A DNA stretch of 64,000 bases from Minisyncoccota bacterium (GTDB lineage: Bacteria > Patescibacteriota > Minisyncoccia > Phycocordibacterales > CAIZLB01), in assembly GCA_021734945.1 (NCBI GenBank), contig JAIPIA010000002.1, forward strand, positions 45,594 to 109,593, written 5' to 3'. This document shows, piece after piece, positions 51,370-60,125 of this stretch. Made by a program: the position numbers and the translations under genes. Position 1 is the first letter of the stretch; the number at the start of each line of letters is the position of its first letter. The notes under the pieces were generated by a model. It had not been told where the DNA came from and made no database searches. It saw nothing but the letters and a program-made list of their open reading frames with translations.

Positions 51370-51624
51370 ATGGCACGCAATATTATATATAAAGCATTCG
51401 CGAATGAGCAGCGACTCAAACTACTCAAATGTCTGTCTGAGTCTCAAAACGTTACTGAACTTCAAAAGCACTGCCCTTTTAGCCAGTCTGCTCTATCCCA
51501 ACATTTAAAAGTATTAAGAGACTCAGGCTTGGTACAAACAAATAAACAAGGTAAACAGATTGTATATAGTGTCACGAACAAAGAAGTTATAAAGATTGCT
51601 ACCCTATTACTCAATTTTAAATAG
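51370..51624 (+). CDS. ArsR/SmtB-family transcriptional regulator
   Basis: 84-aa winged HTH (ANEQRLKLLKCLSESQNVTELQKHCPFSQSALSQHLKVLRDSGLV). Confidence 0.75.
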   Translation: MARNIIYKAFANEQRLKLLKCLSESQNVTELQKHCPFSQSALSQHLKVLRDSGLVQTNKQGKQIVYSVTNKEVIKIATLLLNFK

Positions 51625-51666
51625 CCTCAGCGTAAATAATATTAAACATAAATAAAATTTAAATAT

Positions 51667-51924
51667 ATGACTACAAATAAACTTACAGATAAAAAAGTAA
51701 TTATTTATTCAACTCCAACATGTCCCTACTGTGTATATGCCAAAGATTTTTTCAAGGATAAAGGTGTGGCATTTGAAGATGTAGATGTATCTGCCAACTA
51801 TGCTCGAGCTACAGAAATGGTACAAAAAAGTGGGCAGATGGGAGTTCCTGTAATAGACATAGAAGGGCAAATAATTGTTGGTTTCCAACCTGAATTATTT
51901 GAAAAACTCATTTCACAAAAATAA
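51667..51924 (+). CDS. Glutaredoxin/NrdH-like thioredoxin-fold protein
   Basis: CPYC active site and GVPVIDIEGQIIVGF cis-Pro region. Confidence 0.75.
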   Translation: MTTNKLTDKKVIIYSTPTCPYCVYAKDFFKDKGVAFEDVDVSANYARATEMVQKSGQMGVPVIDIEGQIIVGFQPELFEKLISQK

Positions 51925-51927
51925 TCT

Positions 51928-52641
51928 ATGAAATATACAAATACAAGTGCAAAGATAATTATACTAAGTCTTCTTGGAGTTATTGCGGTATCAGCTCTTG
52001 TGGTCTTGTTGCAGAAAAACCTCGCACCTATTGCGCCCACAGATGCATTCTCAAATGCGACTCCGAACATATCCAAGAATACTGAAAGTGGACAGCCCTC
52101 TAACTCAACAACACTTACCGAGCAAGAAAAGGCTGGTATTATCCAAATGCGTGAAGAGGAAAAACTTGCTCGAGATGTATATACAACCCTTGGTAATATT
52201 TGGGGTACTCCAATATTTCAAAACATAGCATCATCTGAACAGACACATACAGATGCTGTAAAAACTCTACTCACACAATACAACATTGAGGATCCTGTAC
52301 GTAATAACACAATAGGTGTGTTTACTTCCCCTATTATCCAAGACTTATACGACAAACTCACTACTCGTGGAAAAACATCTCTAAGAGAAGCACTTGTTGT
52401 AGGTGCATTGATTGAAGATCTCGATATACGAGACTTGGACACACTTATAGATCAGACCAATAAATCAGATATTTTGACTGTATATAGCAATCTCCAAAAA
52501 GGATCACGAAACCACATGCGATCTTTCGTGAGAAACATAGAAGCAAATGGAGGTACATATACACCGAGTTATATCAGTCAATCTGAATACGACTCAATAT
52601 TAAACAGTTCTCAGGAGCGAGGTGGACAGTTTGGTAGATAG
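51928..52641 (+). CDS. DUF2202 (ferritin-like superfamily) protein with N-terminal TM/signal
   Basis: MREEEKLARDVY, SSEQTHTDA, ALVVGALIEDLDIRDL, GSRNHMRSF blocks of DUF2202. Confidence 0.6.
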   Translation: MKYTNTSAKIIILSLLGVIAVSALVVLLQKNLAPIAPTDAFSNATPNISKNTESGQPSNSTTLTEQEKAGIIQMREEEKLARDVYTTLGNIWGTPIFQNIASSEQTHTDAVKTLLTQYNIEDPVRNNTIGVFTSPIIQDLYDKLTTRGKTSLREALVVGALIEDLDIRDLDTLIDQTNKSDILTVYSNLQKGSRNHMRSFVRNIEANGGTYTPSYISQSEYDSILNSSQERGGQFGR

Positions 52642-52651
52642 GCTTGATTTA

Positions 52652-53092
52652 TTATTTTCTATATTCTTCCCTAATCTCCATCCACATTCGCCCCATATGG
52701 TTCAAACCTTCCCCATGTTCCCCGTCATCCCAAAAGCCATCACCAGGTGGACCAGATACTATATGTTTTACTATCTTCAAATCACCCGAGTCTAGCAATG
52801 CTTTACGAACGTCTTCGTGCTGAGCGACTTTCATCTCCATTAATTCTTTCATTATCTTCAACTTATATTCCTCACTTTTGAACTCAGGAATTTGCAGATG
52901 CTTATATTTAGTAGATATTTCCCATGCTTTAACAGCACTAGTAGCACCCCGTATTTCTTCGATGATATTTATGTCTGTATATCTTTTGCACTGATAAGCA
53001 TGTTCGAGTGTTGGAAATATAACACCATCTATCTCAAGTGCGTGTCCCGTGTATGGAGAAAAGTATGTGTAAAAAATTTCTAGTGGGAGCAT
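52652..53092 (-). CDS. NADAR-domain protein (YbiA-like)
   Basis: FYTYFSPYTGHALEIDGVIFPTLEHAYQCKRY ... GDGFWDDGEHGEGLNHMGRMWMEIR matches the NADAR consensus. Confidence 0.7.
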   Translation of the reverse strand: MLPLEIFYTYFSPYTGHALEIDGVIFPTLEHAYQCKRYTDINIIEEIRGATSAVKAWEISTKYKHLQIPEFKSEEYKLKIMKELMEMKVAQHEDVRKALLDSGDLKIVKHIVSGPPGDGFWDDGEHGEGLNHMGRMWMEIREEYRK

Positions 53093-53126
53093 ATTTGAAG
53101 TATAGCAAAATTAGATCACTTAAAAA

Positions 53127-53585
53127 TCATGTAAGACTCAGACTTTTAAATACCTCACTTGGTACTATATATTTATCAAGCTCATTTACATTATCTTCTA
53201 AAACCAAAACCTCCTCTCCAAAATCGAAATTGTGATGTGCCCTAGTCATTACATCCTTAACATGAGGACCACATTCCTCACGAACTTGAACAGTTACAGG
53301 AATCATCTTTATTCCATGTTTATGAAACAGTTGTATTCTATGATTACCTGATTCAAGACGAAATTTTCTGTTCTTTATTCCTATTCTCATAATAAAGGGT
53401 TCGTGTAACCCTTCGTCACAAATATTTTTCCAGAGAGTATCTAGATCGACAACTTCACCATTCATTAGATCAGTAACAGGCAGCACATCAGCACCACGAT
53501 ATTTCCAAACCCATTCAGTTGGTATCAACTCAATTTTACCATGCATGTATAGTTCAGTATTTTTCCAAAGTTCTTTTATGTACAT
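53127..53585 (-). CDS. Hypothetical protein, weak ParB/Srx-like nuclease-domain resemblance
   Basis: ESGNHRIQLF block only. Low confidence. Confidence 0.3.
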   Translation of the reverse strand: MYIKELWKNTELYMHGKIELIPTEWVWKYRGADVLPVTDLMNGEVVDLDTLWKNICDEGLHEPFIMRIGIKNRKFRLESGNHRIQLFHKHGIKMIPVTVQVREECGPHVKDVMTRAHHNFDFGEEVLVLEDNVNELDKYIVPSEVFKSLSLT

Positions 53586-53603
53586 ATATTATATAAAATT
53601 TAT

Positions 53604-54248
53604 TTAAACTAGAAAGTCATTAAAGCTCTTGATTATATTTTTATACCCCTCCCTCTCCACAATATTCCAAGCTTCTTTGTATGCAAGTTTAACCTCACAC
53701 TTTTCTATGTCCGCCGCAAGACGATCGGGTCTACCCAATACATCTAGATAAATTTCTTTATGAATAGCATGCACGAGAATATGATTTGAAACAGCAGGAT
53801 CTTCAATTTCTGGATAATTCTTTTTGCACCAGATACCACCATTTTTATCCTGTTTATTATCAGTTAATAATCGATGAATTAACTCGTGGGTCAGCACATC
53901 CACAAAAGCTTCTCCTTCAATTTTAATACTAATTACAACAGGATCACTAAAAGCACGATGCCAACCACCTACGAGATACACATCGATTGAATTTTGAAAA
54001 AAAGTGAGTCCTGTTATTTGTTGTAATGCATTAAGTATTTGTGTCTCTTCCTTTTGCCAAGATTCCTTTCTTGCACGCATTGCATCAAGCATTTCTATTC
54101 TACTTGGTGCTTTTGAATCTTTATACTCTTCGATTCTATTTATGTATGAGTAAAGAACATTGTCGATAAATCTACCACTCAAAATTCGTATTTCAGGCAT
54201 CGATATTTTAGGTGTTGATATTTTAGGTTTTTTATTAAAATTGAACAT
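53604..54248 (-). CDS. Hypothetical protein with HExxH motif (putative metallopeptidase-like)
   Basis: THELIHRL. No other family signature recognised. Confidence 0.35.
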   Translation of the reverse strand: MFNFNKKPKISTPKISMPEIRILSGRFIDNVLYSYINRIEEYKDSKAPSRIEMLDAMRARKESWQKEETQILNALQQITGLTFFQNSIDVYLVGGWHRAFSDPVVISIKIEGEAFVDVLTHELIHRLLTDNKQDKNGGIWCKKNYPEIEDPAVSNHILVHAIHKEIYLDVLGRPDRLAADIEKCEVKLAYKEAWNIVEREGYKNIIKSFNDFLV

Positions 54249-54275
54249 GAATTTAATATTAGATACAAAGAAGAA

Positions 54276-54755
54276 TTAAAATGTAAGTCCCGACACCACA
54301 ACCTCAGGATAGGCTTCAGTGTATTTTTCACCATGTGCACCATAGTACGCAACAGTACGTTCTAAAAAATTAACTTCATATCCAACAACACCCGCTTTCC
54401 ATGTGGCATTTAGAAATTCGGGAAATGTACTCTGCCCCGCCTGATCAGTACGAAGTGCCTTTATGAGCGCTTCTTCATTAAAATTAGGGACCTCGGCCAT
54501 TCCTGACACAAGTGGTGTACCTTGATGTACAAGCTCAGCGTTTTTAAAGACATACATACTTTGAGCACTTGGAAGTGTCCATATATTTTTCTCTACACCT
54601 GCCTGACGTAAGCACTCTGCGAGAAATGGAAAACCACCGACTTGAGGTCGATGTGCCATGGCGAATTGCATTGCAGTTTGTAGTTTCTCTTGTGCGTTAT
54701 TATTTTCCTGTGTCCCATTACTATTACTTCCCTGCGTATTATTCATACTGCGCAT
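54276..54755 (-). CDS. DUF1398-family protein
   Basis: GGFPFLAECLRQAGV ... ALRTDQAGQSTFPEFL ... YYGAHGEKYTE pattern of DUF1398. Confidence 0.6.
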   Translation of the reverse strand: MRSMNNTQGSNSNGTQENNNAQEKLQTAMQFAMAHRPQVGGFPFLAECLRQAGVEKNIWTLPSAQSMYVFKNAELVHQGTPLVSGMAEVPNFNEEALIKALRTDQAGQSTFPEFLNATWKAGVVGYEVNFLERTVAYYGAHGEKYTEAYPEVVVSGLTF

Positions 54756-54766
54756 TTTAGCATATT

Positions 54767-54964
54767 TTACTGACTCATTCTATTGATTCGATGATATAAC
54801 CAATATGTAAATAAAAACACGGCAAATATGATTGCAGCGAGCACAACGACTATCAAAAGATTTGGACCTTCTGGATCATTAACAAAGAAGAATACCGTCC
54901 GAGAACACACGAGAGATATTGCACCTAAAATTAGAAGTGTTTTATTTTTTGGTTTCTGATTCAT
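54767..54964 (-). CDS. Small membrane protein
   Basis: 65 aa with two hydrophobic helices. Confidence 0.3.
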   Translation of the reverse strand: MNQKPKNKTLLILGAISLVCSRTVFFFVNDPEGPNLLIVVVLAAIIFAVFLFTYWLYHRINRMSQ

Positions 54965-54972
54965 GTGTGTTT

Positions 54973-55083
54973 TTAAATTAGACTTTGAATTAATTTCATC
55001 TTCTCGACACTTTCTATAACTTTATTCAAAAGTGTCGATTTACCACTCTTAGGCACGCCTGTTATAAGGATATTCTTTTTCAT
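54973..55083 (-). pseudogene. N-terminal fragment (36 aa) of a P-loop kinase
   Basis: MKKNILITGVPKSGKSTLLNKV then stop. Paralogous to the N-terminus of the adjacent disrupted kinase gene. Confidence 0.35.
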
Positions 55084-55095
55084 AACTTAAGTATA

Positions 55096-55636
55096 TCAAA
55101 CCAACGCACCCAAATCTCTTAAAATAATATCTGCATTTTTCCTAATGTCTACCTTACCCAAATCAAGAACTCGAGTTGATGGATAATCATTCTCTTTAAA
55201 AATTTTTGCTTTTTTATCCAAATCTTCCTGAGAAATTGCAGGCTTATTAAGTTTTAAAGTACGTTCTTGTACTCGCGCTGCGAGAGTCTCTTCATCGGCT
55301 TCCAATCGATATACAAAGAAACTAGCTTTATGAGCAGAAGCAATTTTCTCAAGTACTCCTATATCTTTTCTACTCATTCCTTGAGCGACTATTACAATGA
55401 TGCCGTTTTTCAAATATTCATCTGTCATCGAGTTAATTACTCTCTCGCTTACAAGCTGGTGGGAAGAGATATCTCTAAATTCAGAAATAAAGCGCTTAAT
55501 ACGATCAATCCCTATGTAAGCAGTATTTGCAAGCAGTATTTGATATCTCACTACCAAGTAGATCACCAAGAGTACTTTTTCCAACCCCTTGTCTTCCGTA
55601 AAGAACGATGAGAGAAATATTCTTTAGTTTATGCAT
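55096..55636 (-). pseudogene. P-loop kinase (AAA_33-like) gene disrupted by a 13-bp tandem duplication
   Basis: N-terminal frame gives MHKLKNISLIVLYGRQGVGKSTLGDLLGSEISNTAC then a stop. The rest continues in another frame (YIGIDRIKRF...). The tandem copies TAAGCAGTATTTG / CAAGCAGTATTTG lie at about 55520-55545. Removing one copy restores a single ORF of about 177 aa. Confidence 0.6.
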
Positions 55637-55677
55637 GACTTAAGTATATCAAATTGACACGTCTCGGTACTGTTCTT

Positions 55678-56853
55678 TTATATACTAGTCGCACCCATTA
55701 AAAAGCCCCTCGTGATAGGGCCAAAATATCCCCGTGCTGGCGCAAGGCCGTTTACAGCTTGATATTTAGCAAGTGCATTTTTTGTTTTTTGTCCAAAGTA
55801 TGTGGTTTCTTTACCTAGTGATCCAGCTCCTATCACTGATATCGGAAAGTGTGCAATATTTAAATACTTTTGTAATTCCTTGACGTCATTGTTGTCGTCG
55901 CCAACTCTAAGATCTTTTGTAAAAAAGTAAATGGAAGTAGATCCTGTGGTGGTTGAAAATATATCTGTAATCGGCGTGATGGAAGTCAAACCGATAGAAG
56001 AATAGGTTGTTGTACTTGCCGTAGTGTTTGTCGTTGTGTTTATTTGCGTACTGGTTGTTGTACTTACTTCTGTGCTAACTACCAGACTCACAGGAGTGCC
56101 TGATTCTGTGTTAGTAGTAAGAGTCGAAGTCGCTATCGTTGGCCCTGTGTAATACGAAGTAATTACTCCACATTTGTTTATTTCGACATAATATCCAACT
56201 ATATTCGTAATCGTACTGCACCCACCTAGAGACACCTCTTCTCTTCCGATTGTGAGCGATGCGTCATCTATCGAAGCTCCAAAGTGTCCAGACCAAAACA
56301 AAGTATCCATTCCTTTAATCTCAAAATATACATATCGAATTCCAGCACCATATTCAGTAAATGTATGTGAAATTTTCTGCCATTCACCTGTTGTGTTTTG
56401 TTGTCCAGAATCATATGTAGCCACATCATTGTGATTTTCATCTCGAAGTATTACTTTAAAGTCATATATACCGCTACCGCTTATTACCCAGACACTTGCA
56501 GTTATATCTGGCTCAGCGTCTAACGTAGTAGTTGAAAAGTCATTATCAAGAAGGTCGATTTCTTGACTGAGAGTACCCCAATCGTATGAAGTGGTTACAT
56601 GGTATTCCCCCGAGTGCCCTCCTCCATTTATTCTTACACAGCTATTGTAATCATCATTTCCATATATGACAGCGTTTGCTGGACAGTTACCTGTAACAGT
56701 CCAACTAGTTGTGTCACCTGTTTCAAATCCAGGATTGGAGATCAAGTTTGTCAGAGCGTCTGCACGCTGTGCAAACATTGCCATACACATACTTGCTGTA
56801 ATAATACTTATTTTGATTACAGATACACTGGAGTAATATTTAGATATATTCAT
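55678..56853 (-). CDS. Secreted CBM-like domain protein with C-terminal PG_binding_1 domain
   Basis: Signal peptide. LISNPGFETGDTTSW carbohydrate-binding-module-like start. C-terminal VKELQKYLN ... GYFGPITRGF peptidoglycan-binding repeat. Confidence 0.6.
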   Translation of the reverse strand: MNISKYYSSVSVIKISIITASMCMAMFAQRADALTNLISNPGFETGDTTSWTVTGNCPANAVIYGNDDYNSCVRINGGGHSGEYHVTTSYDWGTLSQEIDLLDNDFSTTTLDAEPDITASVWVISGSGIYDFKVILRDENHNDVATYDSGQQNTTGEWQKISHTFTEYGAGIRYVYFEIKGMDTLFWSGHFGASIDDASLTIGREEVSLGGCSTITNIVGYYVEINKCGVITSYYTGPTIATSTLTTNTESGTPVSLVVSTEVSTTTSTQINTTTNTTASTTTYSSIGLTSITPITDIFSTTTGSTSIYFFTKDLRVGDDNNDVKELQKYLNIAHFPISVIGAGSLGKETTYFGQKTKNALAKYQAVNGLAPARGYFGPITRGFLMGATSI

Positions 56854-56910
56854 TGTTACTAGAATTATATCTGATAAATTGAAAAAAATATTTTGTGTGT
56901 GTATATATAA

Positions 56911-58209
56911 CTAGTGAGGATATCGATTCAGAATCATGGAGAATTTTTGTATCAATATCCTCTTTATACTACGCAGTTGGGGATACGTATCACCTACTCT
57001 ACGCATACCCAATCTACACAGATACATACACACCGCACAAAAGAGTTTTCTATCGTATATGGGTATATAGTGCCATCTCCCCTTACTGTTCATAACCCAA
57101 GGTAACATTCCGAGGAATATATCTTTTATAGTCCCATTCATAAGAAGATTACTTATAGTACGGTGAAAATGCCAAACAGGTACTCCTTGTCCACTCGCAC
57201 GAAGTACTGAAGTTGGCAACAGGGATGAGCATTCAGATGAATTTCCATGAGTATTAGAATCTATATATGTTTTAATTGCTTCCGAAAAATCAATGCCTGC
57301 ATGTCTTGTCAAAGAGAACCAAATATTTGGTCGCATATCTGCTTCAATAAAGTACAACTCCTTAGATGAAGTATCTTGTATAAAAGTTATATTATAGAAT
57401 CCATCAAAATTAAAAGTGTGGCCAATAGTGTGTAATATATCCTCTACATCTGGGTCGTGTTTATATATACGTCCAGCAGAGACATTAAACTCCCCTCCAG
57501 TGGTAGAAGTAATGCGAGAACAAGCACAGGCAAGGAGAGTTCCTTTTTGAAAGAGAGCTTCGCATGATACATTGTCACCCTTGATATATGCTTGCAAAAC
57601 TATGTTCTGCTCTGAGTTTATATTCTTCTCTATTTTTTTTCTCTGTATATCGCAAAGTACACGAAACACATCCTCATGAGAATGACAAAGAAAAACACCT
57701 TCGCCTCCACTACTTCGATCAACCTTTACAACAATAGGAAGTTTAATTTCTTCCATACCTTTTCCTATAATTTTTTCTATACTTTTATCTTTATCCTGTT
57801 TTATGTATTCATCTACCGATACAATCGTATAGGATGGTGTCAATATTCCATGGGCAAAACATATCTTTGAGAATTCAGCTTTAGATGTTGCAAGCAATCG
57901 AGCTTCATCGCTTGTACATTGAACCTTATTCCAAACAGCATCATTTACTAATCTAACTGCTTCATCCTCGGTTAACACAATCCAATCGTAAGTCTGTTTC
58001 TCTGCACAAGCAATAAGTCCGCTCACATATGCATTTTGATCACCAACAGGCGCTTCGTACCAGGTATGGTGATATACGTTTTTGCGTAGCCAAGAATTTT
58101 TGGCGCAATAGACGTCTACTATACAACCAGCGCGATGAAATAAAAAAGGGATTTCGGCTGAAATATCAGGCTGACGATAATCTGATAATAGGACGCGAGG
58201 TTTATACAT
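56911..58209 (-). CDS. ATP-grasp domain protein
   Basis: PIVVKVDRSSGGEGVFLCHSHEDV and LQAYIKGDNVSCEALF blocks typical of ATP-grasp ligases. Confidence 0.6.
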   Translation of the reverse strand: MYKPRVLLSDYRQPDISAEIPFLFHRAGCIVDVYCAKNSWLRKNVYHHTWYEAPVGDQNAYVSGLIACAEKQTYDWIVLTEDEAVRLVNDAVWNKVQCTSDEARLLATSKAEFSKICFAHGILTPSYTIVSVDEYIKQDKDKSIEKIIGKGMEEIKLPIVVKVDRSSGGEGVFLCHSHEDVFRVLCDIQRKKIEKNINSEQNIVLQAYIKGDNVSCEALFQKGTLLACACSRITSTTGGEFNVSAGRIYKHDPDVEDILHTIGHTFNFDGFYNITFIQDTSSKELYFIEADMRPNIWFSLTRHAGIDFSEAIKTYIDSNTHGNSSECSSLLPTSVLRASGQGVPVWHFHRTISNLLMNGTIKDIFLGMLPWVMNSKGRWHYIPIYDRKLFCAVCMYLCRLGMRRVGDTYPQLRSIKRILIQKFSMILNRYPH

Positions 58210-59395
58210 TGAAATAAGCTTTGTATTTTAAATATATAAAACGCGGTAAAGCACCAACATGTGGTAATCTCCAAGCTGAACTTAAAAATACGGGAAACTT
58301 TTTTATCTTTTCAAACCATGTTCCAACGGCTTCAAACTTCCAATACCTATACCAGAGTGCTGGAAAATTTCCCAAAAGCAAAAGCTGATTTGCAACACGG
58401 CTTTTGTGCTCTCGTCGAGAAGCACGAGAAACAGGTGTTGCATATAATTGATCAAGGAAAGTCTGAGGGAAAAATATACTGAACCGTGCTGAGAGGTACA
58501 TACATGCTTGCTGGACATCTACGACTCTATTCATGCGTACAGCAGATTCGAGCACTGCACTCCAATCCATATTCCCCATTCTCATTATCCAAATAGCATC
58601 AATAACCCACCGAAATGGACGCCATGAATTATTACCCGCGCCATGAGATATGACATGTACAAACATAGATTCAAAAGACATGCGTTTTATCTCAGCTAGT
58701 GGCTTCTGCAACACAGTTTCAAGCGGGCAAGTTTTTTCCCAAGTATATATATCAGCTTCGTGAAGTGCTGGAATATTTTTTAGAAAAAATAGATCAAAAG
58801 TTGAAACAGTATTAGCGGTATGAAATATATGCCAATGCAATTCGATTGTTACATCAGGTTCTTTTTTGAAACCAAATGAATGAACAACAGCACCAAAACT
58901 CATAGTGTCGACACCTGATACAAGTATAGTATCAATCGGTTTCCATCCGAGCTCTTTCAGTATTGATATCGTTTTTTGCACATCGTCAGGATGAACCAGT
59001 ACATCTCCATCTGCCAAAAAGCGAGCTCCTGCATCTTTGTATATAGATTCAAGTAAAGCCAGCCCTTTGAGTAGCACGATCGGTATATGCACTTCTGCAC
59101 AACGTGTACTCAATATATGAACCTCATTGAGCAAGATCTGATTTTTGACCCACGCTATCTTATACACACCTGAGACACGATTTGATAGCGGATCTACTAT
59201 CTGCAGTTGTGAAAGTCTCTTATGCAAAAGTGGGAGTAGACCCAAAGTAGCGTGATCAATATCATCAAAAATTGTTTCGTTTTTCCATTTCTCAAATCTA
59301 TTTGCAAAAACATCGTCAGGACAAATAAGGACATCAATAAATTTTTCTTCTATTGGATTCGGGAAACTCTTTGGATATGTTATATGTCGTGTCAT
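58202..59395 (-). CDS. Nucleotidyltransferase-family protein (NTP_transf_5-like)
   Basis: HIPIVLLKGLALLESIYKDAGARFLADGDVLVHPDDVQKTISILKELGW matches the family consensus. Overlaps the upstream gene by 8 bp. Confidence 0.6.
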   Translation of the reverse strand: MTRHITYPKSFPNPIEEKFIDVLICPDDVFANRFEKWKNETIFDDIDHATLGLLPLLHKRLSQLQIVDPLSNRVSGVYKIAWVKNQILLNEVHILSTRCAEVHIPIVLLKGLALLESIYKDAGARFLADGDVLVHPDDVQKTISILKELGWKPIDTILVSGVDTMSFGAVVHSFGFKKEPDVTIELHWHIFHTANTVSTFDLFFLKNIPALHEADIYTWEKTCPLETVLQKPLAEIKRMSFESMFVHVISHGAGNNSWRPFRWVIDAIWIMRMGNMDWSAVLESAVRMNRVVDVQQACMYLSARFSIFFPQTFLDQLYATPVSRASRREHKSRVANQLLLLGNFPALWYRYWKFEAVGTWFEKIKKFPVFLSSAWRLPHVGALPRFIYLKYKAYFNV

Positions 59396-59420
59396 ATGTG
59401 CGGTGTGTTATGTAATGCGT

Positions 59421-60125
59421 TTATATATCAAGTTTTTTTCTCTTTCGATCAAGCGCTTCCTTTACAATTCTCACATAATCAATACGTGACATTCTGTCTC
59501 GAACTCCTGTATTCGTATCATGAATGCGTCGATCTAAATATACATCACTCAGCATATCAAATGAGAGACCCAAAGATTCAGCGCGCGCGAGCCAGTCGAC
59601 AAATTCACCAACACGCCATCGTGAATCAAATAACCCAACACGATCAAAAGAATTTCTTTTCATCAATACTGTAGGTGGTATCTGTCCCGGAAGAGGGTCT
59701 GCTGGGCAAAGACGCTGAGATTTTACATCATCAGAAAGCTCTGGACTGAGAAAGCATTGGACATATGTAAAAGATACGTCGATATGTGGATATTCAGTCA
59801 ATTGTTTAATTTGCCGACTGAGTTTGTGTTTACGCCACATATCATCAGCATCCATAAAAGCGATATATTCCCCTCGTGCAACCTGTATACCAGCATTACG
59901 TGCTCCAGCTATTCCTAGATTGACAGGGCTATCTATAACAGTAACCTTGTCACCAAAAGACTGTACTATTTTCAGAGTACCATCTGTTGATCCATCATTA
60001 ATACAAATAAGCTCAAGAGATACATCATCTTGAGACAGAACACTTCCTATTGCCTCAGCAATATATTTTTCTGCATTATATGCAGGCATAATGACACTGA
60101 CGAGTGATGGTATTAAGTTACTCAT
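59421..60125 (-). CDS. Family 2 glycosyltransferase
   Basis: VSVIMPAYNAEKYI ... NDGSTDGT ... FMDADD (DxD). Confidence 0.8.
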   Translation of the reverse strand: MSNLIPSLVSVIMPAYNAEKYIAEAIGSVLSQDDVSLELICINDGSTDGTLKIVQSFGDKVTVIDSPVNLGIAGARNAGIQVARGEYIAFMDADDMWRKHKLSRQIKQLTEYPHIDVSFTYVQCFLSPELSDDVKSQRLCPADPLPGQIPPTVLMKRNSFDRVGLFDSRWRVGEFVDWLARAESLGLSFDMLSDVYLDRRIHDTNTGVRDRMSRIDYVRIVKEALDRKRKKLDI

